A DNA stretch of 64,000 bases from the NCBI GenBank assembly GCA_965116925.1, contig OZ220744.1:800001-864000 (forward strand), read 5' to 3'. The notes below the pieces were generated by a model. It saw only the letters and a program-made list of their open reading frames with translations. It ran no database searches and was not told where the DNA came from. Both the position numbers and the translations under genes were made by a program. Below, in pieces: positions 32,401 through 40,674 of the stretch (positions within the stretch are counted from its first letter, which is position 1; each line of letters opens with the position of its first letter). This DNA is from Candidatus Poribacteria bacterium. Lineage in GTDB: Bacteria; Poribacteria; WGA-4E; PCPOR2b.

Positions 32401-32573
32401 ATTCCGATGTGATCGGGAGCATTGTTGATGTAGCGGTCGAACATGCGAACCAGTACGTCCGTTCGATTGCGGACGGGGATTTTCAACTGACTTCCCACGA
32501 TAGGACAAAGGTCTGCCGCTACTGTTCGTTCAAGCAGATCTGCCGTGTGGGTGTGGTTGCGGAAGAGATGTAG
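29424..32573 (+). CDS. AddB/RexB-like protein with a C-terminal PD-(D/E)XK nuclease
   Basis: Degenerate helicase-like N-terminus, SVSQLETYGECPF, GRIDRIE, DYKTG, LQL.LY and CRYC...C Fe-S staple. Confidence 0.85.
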   Translation: MITTLTKGQISLPIDHEIRTRLEGGRADTFLHIVPTDHARLKWCREYLKNTPNRAAAGLHIYTLDDLVRRFFYSNLNRGRRHTGVGIQTVWTHEIMDEEQFPFLKPQPETRVPQGTARQLREAVNQLRRNGVDWQQLQKDSVPDDVETSSKLADLITFYKAYERRLGSEWVDRAGIHRAVSEYLTRIPDRAERLMKKIFPNVDLVVVSGFDALFPHDAAILTGIANLPSIKMGVLLDYDEGNESLFGHIKADYDRFLSCGFERHGGELETPDAVRNVHFARNLFYTDLPQDSAIEKLALTDQISLLYPSNRLREVEEIAKLIKRLALNQSSPALNQICVTFNRLDAYAPLIREIFPLHGIPYTLDWSEKLENSTVVVSVFTLLELLQGGAPPQTREKVLRSPYFHTNDWDAVIEGCGLKAKLSPEDFRESFDLLMDTLKVRQQILKGSWESKTRFAAHKMNAYREFRRLIDELVESLITDHGAEVSHSFESYIRRLRLMISESTYRWGNPSDKGVAILPLNQTQDLAFDTVILGGLVDGEFPAAFRADTFLPSSQRETESDRLHEDRFLFYQALTLYRKQLYLLSPQHDGDVELVPSAFIDELQRIAKIKTSTDYDKTLFSTENFLKNYGAFVWERSETEDVEEPNLPSTILPTLPLIVHNIRVEKSRTVTQESTQKLLQYEGRLLPNLLSQSSRRTLEQRRDRTYSVSQLETYGECPFRYFSNRVLNLNIAEDEETELTSMKKGSLAHKILFEFYDLRRDESPIAACEDAEFEGAVNLLRQIARNHLAAEEAQRPLNRADKLFWDIEVERLIGGHGRTGILPAFLEAERERDLEVQPRYFEVEFGPSVRSEPADPQLGSTEAITVGGVSLSGRIDRIELGNGMFVIGDYKTGSTTPKLNDLLEGRSLQLPLYVAVVEQLLRQQSVPIQGFEEDLESVQGVGGVYYVLQEESRTELGFGDRDCNGRAFQVSSRSGQLLPNSRYQIADVGTDADSDVIGSIVDVAVEHANQYVRSIADGDFQLTSHDRTKVCRYCSFKQICRVGVVAEEM

Positions 32574-32677
32574 GCTTGATAGACATGCGTCTTTTGATCG
32601 CTATAGGTAGATAGAACGATGACCGATGTGCTATAATTACGTTTTACTGATTATCAGGTAAGGAGCAAAATCATCTT

Positions 32678-33835
32678 ATGTATGTTGAAGGACTTTTATC
32701 TTCGTTGACCCGTGTGAAAAAAGCGCGCTCTCTACGCGCCGCTTCGTGGGACACGACTGGAAGAAATAACGATGCGTGGAATATTGAACCTAACGAGACA
32801 CGCGTTCTCGCTGATATCAAGGGCCCCGGTTGCATCAACCACATCTGGATGACGCAACGCGACGGCTACCGGAATGTCCTCCTGCGAGCCTTTTGGGATG
32901 ATGAAGAACAGCCCAGCGTTCTGTGTCCCCTCGGTGACTTCTTCGGATTAGGCAACGAAATTGTAAATTCCTACGATTCATTGCTGTTCTCGGTATCAAC
33001 CGCGGGTAACAATCAGTTCAACACCGGTTGTGCGCTGAATTGCTACGTGCAGATGCCATTTAACCAATCAGCACGAATCGAACTTGTCAACGAAGGCGAT
33101 GAGATGCACCGGCAATACTTCTACATTGACTATGAGCTTTATAATCAACCCTTCGACGATGATGTGGCTTACTTCCACACACAGTTTCGTCGGGAAAATC
33201 CGTGCGATGGGTGGGGACACGAGATCCGGGTCAACACGCCGGAAGCAAACATTGTCAATGCGGAAAGGCTAGCTTGGGACAACAACTATCTCATCCTTGA
33301 AGCAGAAGGACGCGGGCACTACATCGGTTGTAACCTCTCCATTACCAATTTTCAAGGCACATGGTGGGGCGAAGGGGACGACATGATTTGGGTTGATGGC
33401 TATAAATGGCCCCCCGATCTCCACGGTACAGGCTCAGAGGATTATCTCAACCAAGCGTGGGGTATGCAGCCCAACGCATTCCAACACAACGGTTCGTCAA
33501 TCTATGAGCCTGATACGGATGGTTATCAAACATCGTACGTGTTTCACCTCGAAAATCCTGTTCGATTTGAGAAAGAAATTCGCGCTACCATTGAGCACGG
33601 ACATGGGAACCACCTCCGTAATGAAACATCCTCAGTTGCCTACTGGTATCAACTCGAACCGCATAAACCCTTCGGTATCCTACCGGTACAGCAACGAAAG
33701 CCGGTCCTCAAGACTGAAGATGGAGGGTGGCTTATCAATGAAACAGCACAAACGCCACAAGCGAAACCGATGTTGAACGATGAAATGAACCAGTTGAAAG
33801 CGCAATGGACGGAGAAGCAGAAAACCGAAACGTAA
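32678..33835 (+). CDS. DUF2961 / GH172 family glycoside hydrolase
   Basis: GPGCINHIWMT, PLGDFFG, WWGEGD, GTGSEDY and IEHGH.N. Confidence 0.88.
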   Translation: MYVEGLLSSLTRVKKARSLRAASWDTTGRNNDAWNIEPNETRVLADIKGPGCINHIWMTQRDGYRNVLLRAFWDDEEQPSVLCPLGDFFGLGNEIVNSYDSLLFSVSTAGNNQFNTGCALNCYVQMPFNQSARIELVNEGDEMHRQYFYIDYELYNQPFDDDVAYFHTQFRRENPCDGWGHEIRVNTPEANIVNAERLAWDNNYLILEAEGRGHYIGCNLSITNFQGTWWGEGDDMIWVDGYKWPPDLHGTGSEDYLNQAWGMQPNAFQHNGSSIYEPDTDGYQTSYVFHLENPVRFEKEIRATIEHGHGNHLRNETSSVAYWYQLEPHKPFGILPVQQRKPVLKTEDGGWLINETAQTPQAKPMLNDEMNQLKAQWTEKQKTET

Positions 33836-33985
33836 AACGTGATGCGTGAAACGTAAAGATAAATTTTTCATGGGATCATGGGTTCGTAGGTTCATTAGTA
33901 CATTGGTTCATGAATGCACTTCTGAAAATATCCACTTCTTAAATGAGCCTACCCATTGATTTGCTATAATTTTGGGAGGAGTTGA

Positions 33986-36900
33986 ATGCTCATATCTTTT
34001 CAGGGACTCTTAGTACAGACGCTTATTCATGTCAGTGACACGGAGGGGGCTGAACAAAATCCATCCGATGACACAAAGGAAGAAAACCTATCAGCAGCGG
34101 AAACACAAGAACAAGCGATAGATTCCGAACACGATGAAGCTGATGGTTCAGATGTAACAGTTATGCCAAGCGACAATCAACAAGGTGACGAAGAAACAAA
34201 GGGAAAGGGTTCGCAGCCAACCACAGCGGTGGAAACAGATGCAGAATCACATTCCAGTAATGTTGAGAATGAAGAAACGATCGCCGAAGGGGACGAATCT
34301 CCGTCAGGGAGCACAGAAGGAGTAGCAACAGTCCCTGATGAGGTCGGGGTTGAGGTGCTCACAGAGGAATCAGTTGAAGAAACCGTTACAGTCAATACGG
34401 CAGAAGTTGAAATCATCGACGATGAAGCAGCGGAGGCAACCGTAACAGATTCGGCTGAAGAAGCGATCGAAGATACTCGGGTGCCCCTCACTTTTGGAGT
34501 TATTGACGAGGTATATAATTTCGTTGATGAATTCCAGCACAGCCAATCGAGTGATACTGAAAAGACTTCCGCTAGCATTCAGGATAGTGCCGGAGGTATA
34601 AAAAAAGCGGCACTCTTTGGACATCCCCCCGCCGAAGGCTATACGCGAATCCAGTATGAAGTGACACTGCCTCAGATGGAGTCCAACGAGAATCTGATTT
34701 TGCATTTCAGCATTGGCTTGAGGGATGGCGTTGATTTTGAACTGCCGCACACGAAACCCGATGGGGTACAATTTGCTGTTGAGATTTCAGATGAACGCCG
34801 CTTTGAAGGTGTCTCCGAGGCTTGCCGATGGGATGAATACCTTATTGACCTTTCCGATTTTGCTGGCAGCACGGTTCAAGTTGCTTTCCTTACTAATTGC
34901 AACGGGGCCGGTAATACTAACTACGCCTGGGCTTTATGGGGAAATCCGCGTGTCCTAAAACTGACCCGTACCTCACTGCTGCTTGAGAAAGGCGAAGATG
35001 AACCCAAACTCAGACGGGGGCTTGCGCTAGGGCTGTTAGAGGGAGAAACGCCAGAGCTCTCGGTCGCTGAATTTGATTTGGAGGTCTCTACGCTGGCTTC
35101 GGAGGTTGCAGATGAACTGAGCCAACGGATGGAAGCGAAGGTAGAGACAGCAATTGTTGAGTTGGCGTTGTACACAGAGCAGCCAAAACTAGAAATCATA
35201 ACCGCGGGACCAACTACTGCGCTCCTTACCGCACGAGAGGATTTTGAACTGCAATGCACGGTTCGTAACAATGGGCTAGTTCCAATTGAGCCGATTCACG
35301 AAGCGACTCTCTCAATCAATCGGATTAAATTGCGACGCGGTAGAACGACACAACCGCTGAAAAGGCTCAACCCGGGAGAAGAGACAACGTATTCTTGGAG
35401 TATCCGCAGTTTTTCACGTGAGTCGGTGGCTCGGACATCTGTTGTACTTCGATGTCAAATGTCGACGGGTGAAATTCGTCAAGCCGTTGATCAGAATGTC
35501 AACCTGCTACCGGCAATCCCTAGAATTTCTAATCAAGCCGCTTCGGATTTATGTACCTACGATCAGAGCGGACATGTTATCACCGAAAATCGGCACCTAC
35601 GCACACTTTTCGTCAGAGGATCTGGCGGATTTGAATACTGTCTACTTTTCGTGGCAAAAAATGGCCGTTACCGTCAGGTTGCGGTCTGCAATGCGATTTC
35701 AGAACTCTGCTATCGTGATTCATCGGGAACCCCTCAACACATCAAAATCACTCCGACTGTCTACCGGCTCGCCGGAAATAATCTTGGTGAATCGATTGTT
35801 CGCTTGTCCTCTGAGGAACGAGGCGGAGATGGTGTGCTTTGGTCTTATGAAGCATGTTTTTCGTTGTCTGAGCAATCCAAACGGCTCAAGGTGGAATACA
35901 GTCTCACTGCGGATCAGGAGCGGGAATTAATCGCTTTCAATGGTCCAATCCTTTATGCCGGAGATGGAGCGTTTGGCGAACGTAAGACCACCGCCCTGTT
36001 CCCCGGCTTAGAGTTTCTGGAGGGCGATGAACCATCGTCGAGCACGCGAGATGTCGCTCCACCGCATAACAACCGACTTGTTCCCCATCCCTATAAAATA
36101 ACGATTCCGCTGATGGCGGTCGAGCATAAAAAGACATTGGTTGGGTTGGCGTGGGATGCACTGGAAACTTGGGATGGCGAGCACAACATGCTATCGGCAG
36201 CTTTTGCCTCCCCAAATTGGTACAACCATCAAAAGAATCACTTAATGGGTCTATTTGTTCCTACCATCCCTGATTGGGTCGAGGAAAATCAGATGGCAGC
36301 CTCGACACCATATCCTCTGAAAGCGAACCTACCGATAACGATCAAAGCACAAATTATCATTGATGGAAACGCTTCCATTCTGGATGCCATTTCTCATTGG
36401 ACAGATGCCTACGGTGTCCCTGAACCGTTAGAAGCCCCACGTAGTGATAAGGAGGAGGTTCTGCTGTCGCGGCACGGACTCATGCAGACCGTATGGGATA
36501 GAGATACGGGCAAATCACGGCACTGTGTTGATTGGGCACCGGGCAATGCCCCCGGTTTTGCGACGCTGCTGTGGTATGATTACCTGATCCAGACACAGGA
36601 TGATACCATAAAGGATGAACTGGTCAGGCAGCGGGCGTTAGAAATCGTCAAGCGCACAGTCCAAGAAGCGGGACCGGCAGGACTGAGTTCGACGGACCTT
36701 TGCCACATTTTAAAGTGGGAGGCGCCATTCTACTTTGGGGAGGTTGAAGCGGGATTAGATCGACTCAAAGAAATTGCGTCACGATGGATCGAGACGCAGG
36801 AAGAGGATGGTAGTTGGCGTTTTCACCCGATAACGGATCGAGCGAAGACGTTAGGGAATGAAGGAGATGCTGTTCTGGGAACTTGTGCCACCACCGTCCA

Positions 36901-37948
36901 GCTACTCCTCAAACACGCTCGCGTAACTGGCGATGCGGAATCGTTAGAGGCTGGTGTGAAGGGACTAAAGTACATGGAGAACTTTAAGATTCCGCGCGGG
37001 GCCCAAACGTGGGAGTGTCCGCTTTATGAACCGGATCTTCTCGCCGCTGCCCATGCTGTCGCTGCCTATATTGAAGGCTACGAAATCACCAAAGAGAGAC
37101 AGTATCTGGACAGGGCAGAGCAATGGGCAAAAGCGGGACTTCCTTTCCTGTATCATTGGCATCTGTCGGACCGTCCCGGTATGCGTTTCGGTTCGATACC
37201 GGTTTTCGGCACAACCTTCTATACCCATCCATGGTTCGGTGTTCCCGTTCAGTGGAACGGCTTGGTTTACGCTTACGCTCTTCAGCATCTCGCTCGACAC
37301 ACACCTGACAGTCAAAGCCAGTTCTGGTCCAAGGTTGCCGAGGGGATTACGATCAGCGCAATGTATCAGCAGTGGACAGAAGGGGAACTAAAAGGAACAT
37401 ATCCCGACGGTTTCTACGGCTACTGTACTGAAGGACGGGGGCCCCATATCAATCCAGAGGACATTATGGTGAACCTCTATACCCTACGTGGACTTGATCC
37501 AGATATCGCTACAGGAATTGTCCGTGTACGAGACAATCGTATTCACGTAAGTAGCGGTGCAAGGATTGATAGGTTGGACTATGATGATTCGGATCGGCTG
37601 ACGTTTTCACTGCGTTATGTCCAAAACGAAACAAGTTATTCTATCATTGCAGGATACGGAAGGCGGTACGGCGGATCGGAACCTTCAGCGAAACCGGGGC
37701 CCTCGGCAATTCGTACCGGAGGTAGGGAAATCCCCATTGTAGATAATCTCTCAACTTCTGAATCCGGTTGGTTCTATCGCGAGGAGAAGGACATCGTTTT
37801 CATCAAGTACAAACATCTGGTGGGCGCGACGGATTTTGAAGTGCTTCCCTCAGAAAGGGTGGAAACCACTCCTGAGGCAGTTGAGCCAGAAACAGCGACG
37901 GAACACGGAACAGTCGAGACGAACGAATCCGAACCCAATCCAGAATAA
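33986..37948 (+). CDS. Large hypothetical protein: acidic low-complexity N-terminus, beta-sandwich modules, probable (alpha/alpha) barrel
   Basis: 1320-aa ORF with a GGAGG RBS; E/D/T-rich first ~165 aa. Domain calls are pattern-based only. Confidence 0.6.
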   Translation: MLISFQGLLVQTLIHVSDTEGAEQNPSDDTKEENLSAAETQEQAIDSEHDEADGSDVTVMPSDNQQGDEETKGKGSQPTTAVETDAESHSSNVENEETIAEGDESPSGSTEGVATVPDEVGVEVLTEESVEETVTVNTAEVEIIDDEAAEATVTDSAEEAIEDTRVPLTFGVIDEVYNFVDEFQHSQSSDTEKTSASIQDSAGGIKKAALFGHPPAEGYTRIQYEVTLPQMESNENLILHFSIGLRDGVDFELPHTKPDGVQFAVEISDERRFEGVSEACRWDEYLIDLSDFAGSTVQVAFLTNCNGAGNTNYAWALWGNPRVLKLTRTSLLLEKGEDEPKLRRGLALGLLEGETPELSVAEFDLEVSTLASEVADELSQRMEAKVETAIVELALYTEQPKLEIITAGPTTALLTAREDFELQCTVRNNGLVPIEPIHEATLSINRIKLRRGRTTQPLKRLNPGEETTYSWSIRSFSRESVARTSVVLRCQMSTGEIRQAVDQNVNLLPAIPRISNQAASDLCTYDQSGHVITENRHLRTLFVRGSGGFEYCLLFVAKNGRYRQVAVCNAISELCYRDSSGTPQHIKITPTVYRLAGNNLGESIVRLSSEERGGDGVLWSYEACFSLSEQSKRLKVEYSLTADQERELIAFNGPILYAGDGAFGERKTTALFPGLEFLEGDEPSSSTRDVAPPHNNRLVPHPYKITIPLMAVEHKKTLVGLAWDALETWDGEHNMLSAAFASPNWYNHQKNHLMGLFVPTIPDWVEENQMAASTPYPLKANLPITIKAQIIIDGNASILDAISHWTDAYGVPEPLEAPRSDKEEVLLSRHGLMQTVWDRDTGKSRHCVDWAPGNAPGFATLLWYDYLIQTQDDTIKDELVRQRALEIVKRTVQEAGPAGLSSTDLCHILKWEAPFYFGEVEAGLDRLKEIASRWIETQEEDGSWRFHPITDRAKTLGNEGDAVLGTCATTVQLLLKHARVTGDAESLEAGVKGLKYMENFKIPRGAQTWECPLYEPDLLAAAHAVAAYIEGYEITKERQYLDRAEQWAKAGLPFLYHWHLSDRPGMRFGSIPVFGTTFYTHPWFGVPVQWNGLVYAYALQHLARHTPDSQSQFWSKVAEGITISAMYQQWTEGELKGTYPDGFYGYCTEGRGPHINPEDIMVNLYTLRGLDPDIATGIVRVRDNRIHVSSGARIDRLDYDDSDRLTFSLRYVQNETSYSIIAGYGRRYGGSEPSAKPGPSAIRTGGREIPIVDNLSTSESGWFYREEKDIVFIKYKHLVGATDFEVLPSERVETTPEAVEPETATEHGTVETNESEPNPE

Positions 37949-37965
37949 GCCTATTGAGAGAAACT

Positions 37966-38598
37966 GTGACAGACCGAGGACTTTTTATCACATTTGAAGG
38001 TACGGACGGGGTAGGGAAAACAACGCAAATTCAGCGTCTATCCGCAGACCTTAAACGCGCTGGTCATGATGTATGCCTGACACGCGAACCGGGCGGCACC
38101 CCTATCTCCGAGCAGATTCGTGATATGCTTCTGAACCCAGACCACAGTGAGATGGCAGCGACGACGGAGTTGTTATTATACGCTGCATCGCGGGCGCAGC
38201 ATGTATCAGAGGTTATCAAACCCGCGCTAGAAGCGGGAAAGGTTGTCATCTCCTCTCGATTCGCAGACGCAATGGTCGTCTATCAAGGCTATGGGCGTGG
38301 ATTAGATCTGGATAGGATACATCATCTGAATCGAATTGCGACCGATGGCGTTACCCCGGATGTGACCTTTGTATTGGATCTGCCGGTGGAGATTGGTTTA
38401 CAGCGCGTCCAAAAACGCCGAGGCGGATTAGACCGTTTGGAAAGAGAAAAAATTGAGTTTCACCGACGGCTGCGGGAAGGTTATCAGACAATAGCACAAC
38501 AGGAACCGCAGCGTCTGAAAATTATTGATGCCAAAGTCAGCCCAAAGCGGGTGTATGCACAGATTCAGGCAATAATCCAACCCTTGTTGCAACAGTGA
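37966..38598 (+). CDS. tmk: Thymidylate kinase
   Basis: FITFEGTDGVGKTTQ, TREPGG, SRAQH and YQG.GRG. Confidence 0.96.
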   Translation: MTDRGLFITFEGTDGVGKTTQIQRLSADLKRAGHDVCLTREPGGTPISEQIRDMLLNPDHSEMAATTELLLYAASRAQHVSEVIKPALEAGKVVISSRFADAMVVYQGYGRGLDLDRIHHLNRIATDGVTPDVTFVLDLPVEIGLQRVQKRRGGLDRLEREKIEFHRRLREGYQTIAQQEPQRLKIIDAKVSPKRVYAQIQAIIQPLLQQ

Positions 38599-39560
38599 GC
38601 GACCGTATGCAAGATGCTATCATCGGACATCACCAGATTCTTGAACAGTTGTACCACGCGATTGCATCGAATCGCATAGCGGGTGCTTATCTGTTTGTTG
38701 GAATCGCCAATATCGGGAAAGAGACCGTCGCGCTTCATTTTGCAAAGACCATCAATTGCCTCACATCAGACGAGGGAGCTTGCGGCACCTGTTTATCGTG
38801 TCGCAAAGCTGACGATGGAAATCACCCCGACCTTCAGATTATCCGTCCGTCAGGGGCTTGGATCAAGATTGATCAGATCCGCGAATTGCAAAAACGGATT
38901 ATTTATCGGCCACTCGAAGGGGCACGAAAAATCTATATCTTGACCGAAGCGGAACGGATGAATCTCGAAGCCGCAAACTGTTTGCTCAAAACCCTTGAGG
39001 AACCGCCCGCCGATTCGGTTTTAATCCTCCTGACTGCAAATCTTGAGGCACTGCTACCTACAATCCGGTCCCGTTGCCAAATCATCCCCTTCCAGCCTCT
39101 TCTGATTTCTGAACTTACCGGGTATCTGATGCAACGATTCAACATCGACGAAAGCCAAGCGTTCTCAATTTCGACGGCGGCCGGGGGCGCTGTTGGCAAA
39201 GCACTAGCGATGGTTCAAGAGGGGGCAGGTTTCGATGAGGAGATTCCTGAGATTATGATTGCTGGCGAGCGTTTAGATGCTTTTCGGATTGCGGAGAAAT
39301 GGAGTCAACAACCGGAGGCACTTGATCATCTCGTGACATGGTATCGCGACTTGGTATTGCTGCACCAAGGTGCTCCCGCAGATCTGCTCACCCATGTTCA
39401 TCATGCGGAACCACTCAAGCAGTTGGCAGCGCATTATTCACGGCTACAGTTGCAATCGGCAATCAAGGCGATTTTTGAAACGAAAGCTATGCTGCAACGC
39501 AATGTCAATGCGACGTTGGCTTTAGAGGTTTTGGCTTTGAAGTTGTTGCGTAGATCGTAA
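38595..39560 (+). CDS. holB: DNA polymerase III delta-prime subunit
   Basis: CGTCLSC, HPD, AANCLLKTLEEP and TIRSRC; follows tmk. Confidence 0.93.
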   Translation: MSDRMQDAIIGHHQILEQLYHAIASNRIAGAYLFVGIANIGKETVALHFAKTINCLTSDEGACGTCLSCRKADDGNHPDLQIIRPSGAWIKIDQIRELQKRIIYRPLEGARKIYILTEAERMNLEAANCLLKTLEEPPADSVLILLTANLEALLPTIRSRCQIIPFQPLLISELTGYLMQRFNIDESQAFSISTAAGGAVGKALAMVQEGAGFDEEIPEIMIAGERLDAFRIAEKWSQQPEALDHLVTWYRDLVLLHQGAPADLLTHVHHAEPLKQLAAHYSRLQLQSAIKAIFETKAMLQRNVNATLALEVLALKLLRRS

Positions 39561-39585
39561 GGTTCATAGATAAGAGGAGTTGGCC

Positions 39586-40563
39586 GTGGCGTTAGATGAT
39601 TTACAGAGCGTAATTGAGAAGCTACGGAAAACGATTGAGACTCAGCGTAGATATTTGGCTGAAAATGAAACCCGTACGCGGCAGGTGCTAATCGATCCGT
39701 TGCTGCGGGAGTTGGGTTGGGACGTGTCAAATCCGAATATAGTTCAACTTGAATATTGGGTGAGAGAGGGACGTCCGGATTATGCACTGATGTCTAACGG
39801 TAAACCGCTTGCTGTGATTGAAGCAAAAAGACTGGGGAGTGATTTAGACGCAGTTATTAAGCAGGCATTCAACTACGCAAATCCGGATGGTATTGATTAC
39901 ATAATTGTCACTGATGGTGATAAGTGGGAGATGTACGATGTCTTCAAGAAAGCTAAATTGGAAGAGCGCTTGTTGATGAGGTTGCAGTTGTCTCAACAGC
40001 CTGCTCATAGAAATGCGTTACAGGCGTTAGCGATGTGGAAGCCGAATCTTGCCGCTAAGGAACCAGTCTTCGTATCACCAAAGGCTGTACCGGATCAAAC
40101 CAACGTTAAGTCCAATGAACAACAACGAGAACAGTTACCCAATAAAATCTCAGCAGATGCCGAGAAGCGTTATTCGTTCGCATCAAAAGAAAGCTATCCA
40201 TCAGATACCGATACCAAACCAATCCTGTTGAAGATAGGAGATTGTGTCGAGAAACGGGTTAAACGTTGGCGGGATGTCACTCAGGAAGTCGTTAGTTGGC
40301 TCGTCAACGAGGGAAGACTGAGCAGCAATAATTGCCCAATCGAGATGGGAGAGATGGGAGAGTGGACCTTCATTAATTCCAAAAAGGTGAATAGTGATGG
40401 CACACCCTTCAGATTCCCAAAAAAATTGTCGAACGGACTCTTTTGGGAGCGTGGTCGAGGAACAAACCAACAACAATCGGAGAGATTATGGAAGTTGCTA
40501 GAACAATTTAACATAGATTTAAGTGAGATTGAAGTGTTTTACAAGTCAATTAGGAAAAGCTAG
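39586..40563 (+). CDS. HsdR N-terminal-like PD-(D/E)XK nuclease with an unknown C-terminal domain
   Basis: NE..TR..LIDP.L..LGW, RPDYAL, IEAK, QAFNYA and TDG..W. Confidence 0.75.
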   Translation: MALDDLQSVIEKLRKTIETQRRYLAENETRTRQVLIDPLLRELGWDVSNPNIVQLEYWVREGRPDYALMSNGKPLAVIEAKRLGSDLDAVIKQAFNYANPDGIDYIIVTDGDKWEMYDVFKKAKLEERLLMRLQLSQQPAHRNALQALAMWKPNLAAKEPVFVSPKAVPDQTNVKSNEQQREQLPNKISADAEKRYSFASKESYPSDTDTKPILLKIGDCVEKRVKRWRDVTQEVVSWLVNEGRLSSNNCPIEMGEMGEWTFINSKKVNSDGTPFRFPKKLSNGLFWERGRGTNQQQSERLWKLLEQFNIDLSEIEVFYKSIRKS

Positions 40564-40607
40564 TCGCTAAATACACCGCTGATCCATCCAATTTAAGGTG
40601 AGCGAAG

Positions 40608-40635
40608 GTAGGGAACGCAGATCTGCGTTCCCTAC
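40608..40635. repeat. Perfect 28-bp GTAG palindrome (REP-like), stand-alone copy
   Basis: gtagggaacgcagatctgcgttccctac; also present inside both family C elements. Confidence 0.85.
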
Positions 40636-40674
40636 GAAGACGCAATACGCAGGAAGTCAAAGAGGAATATAATC

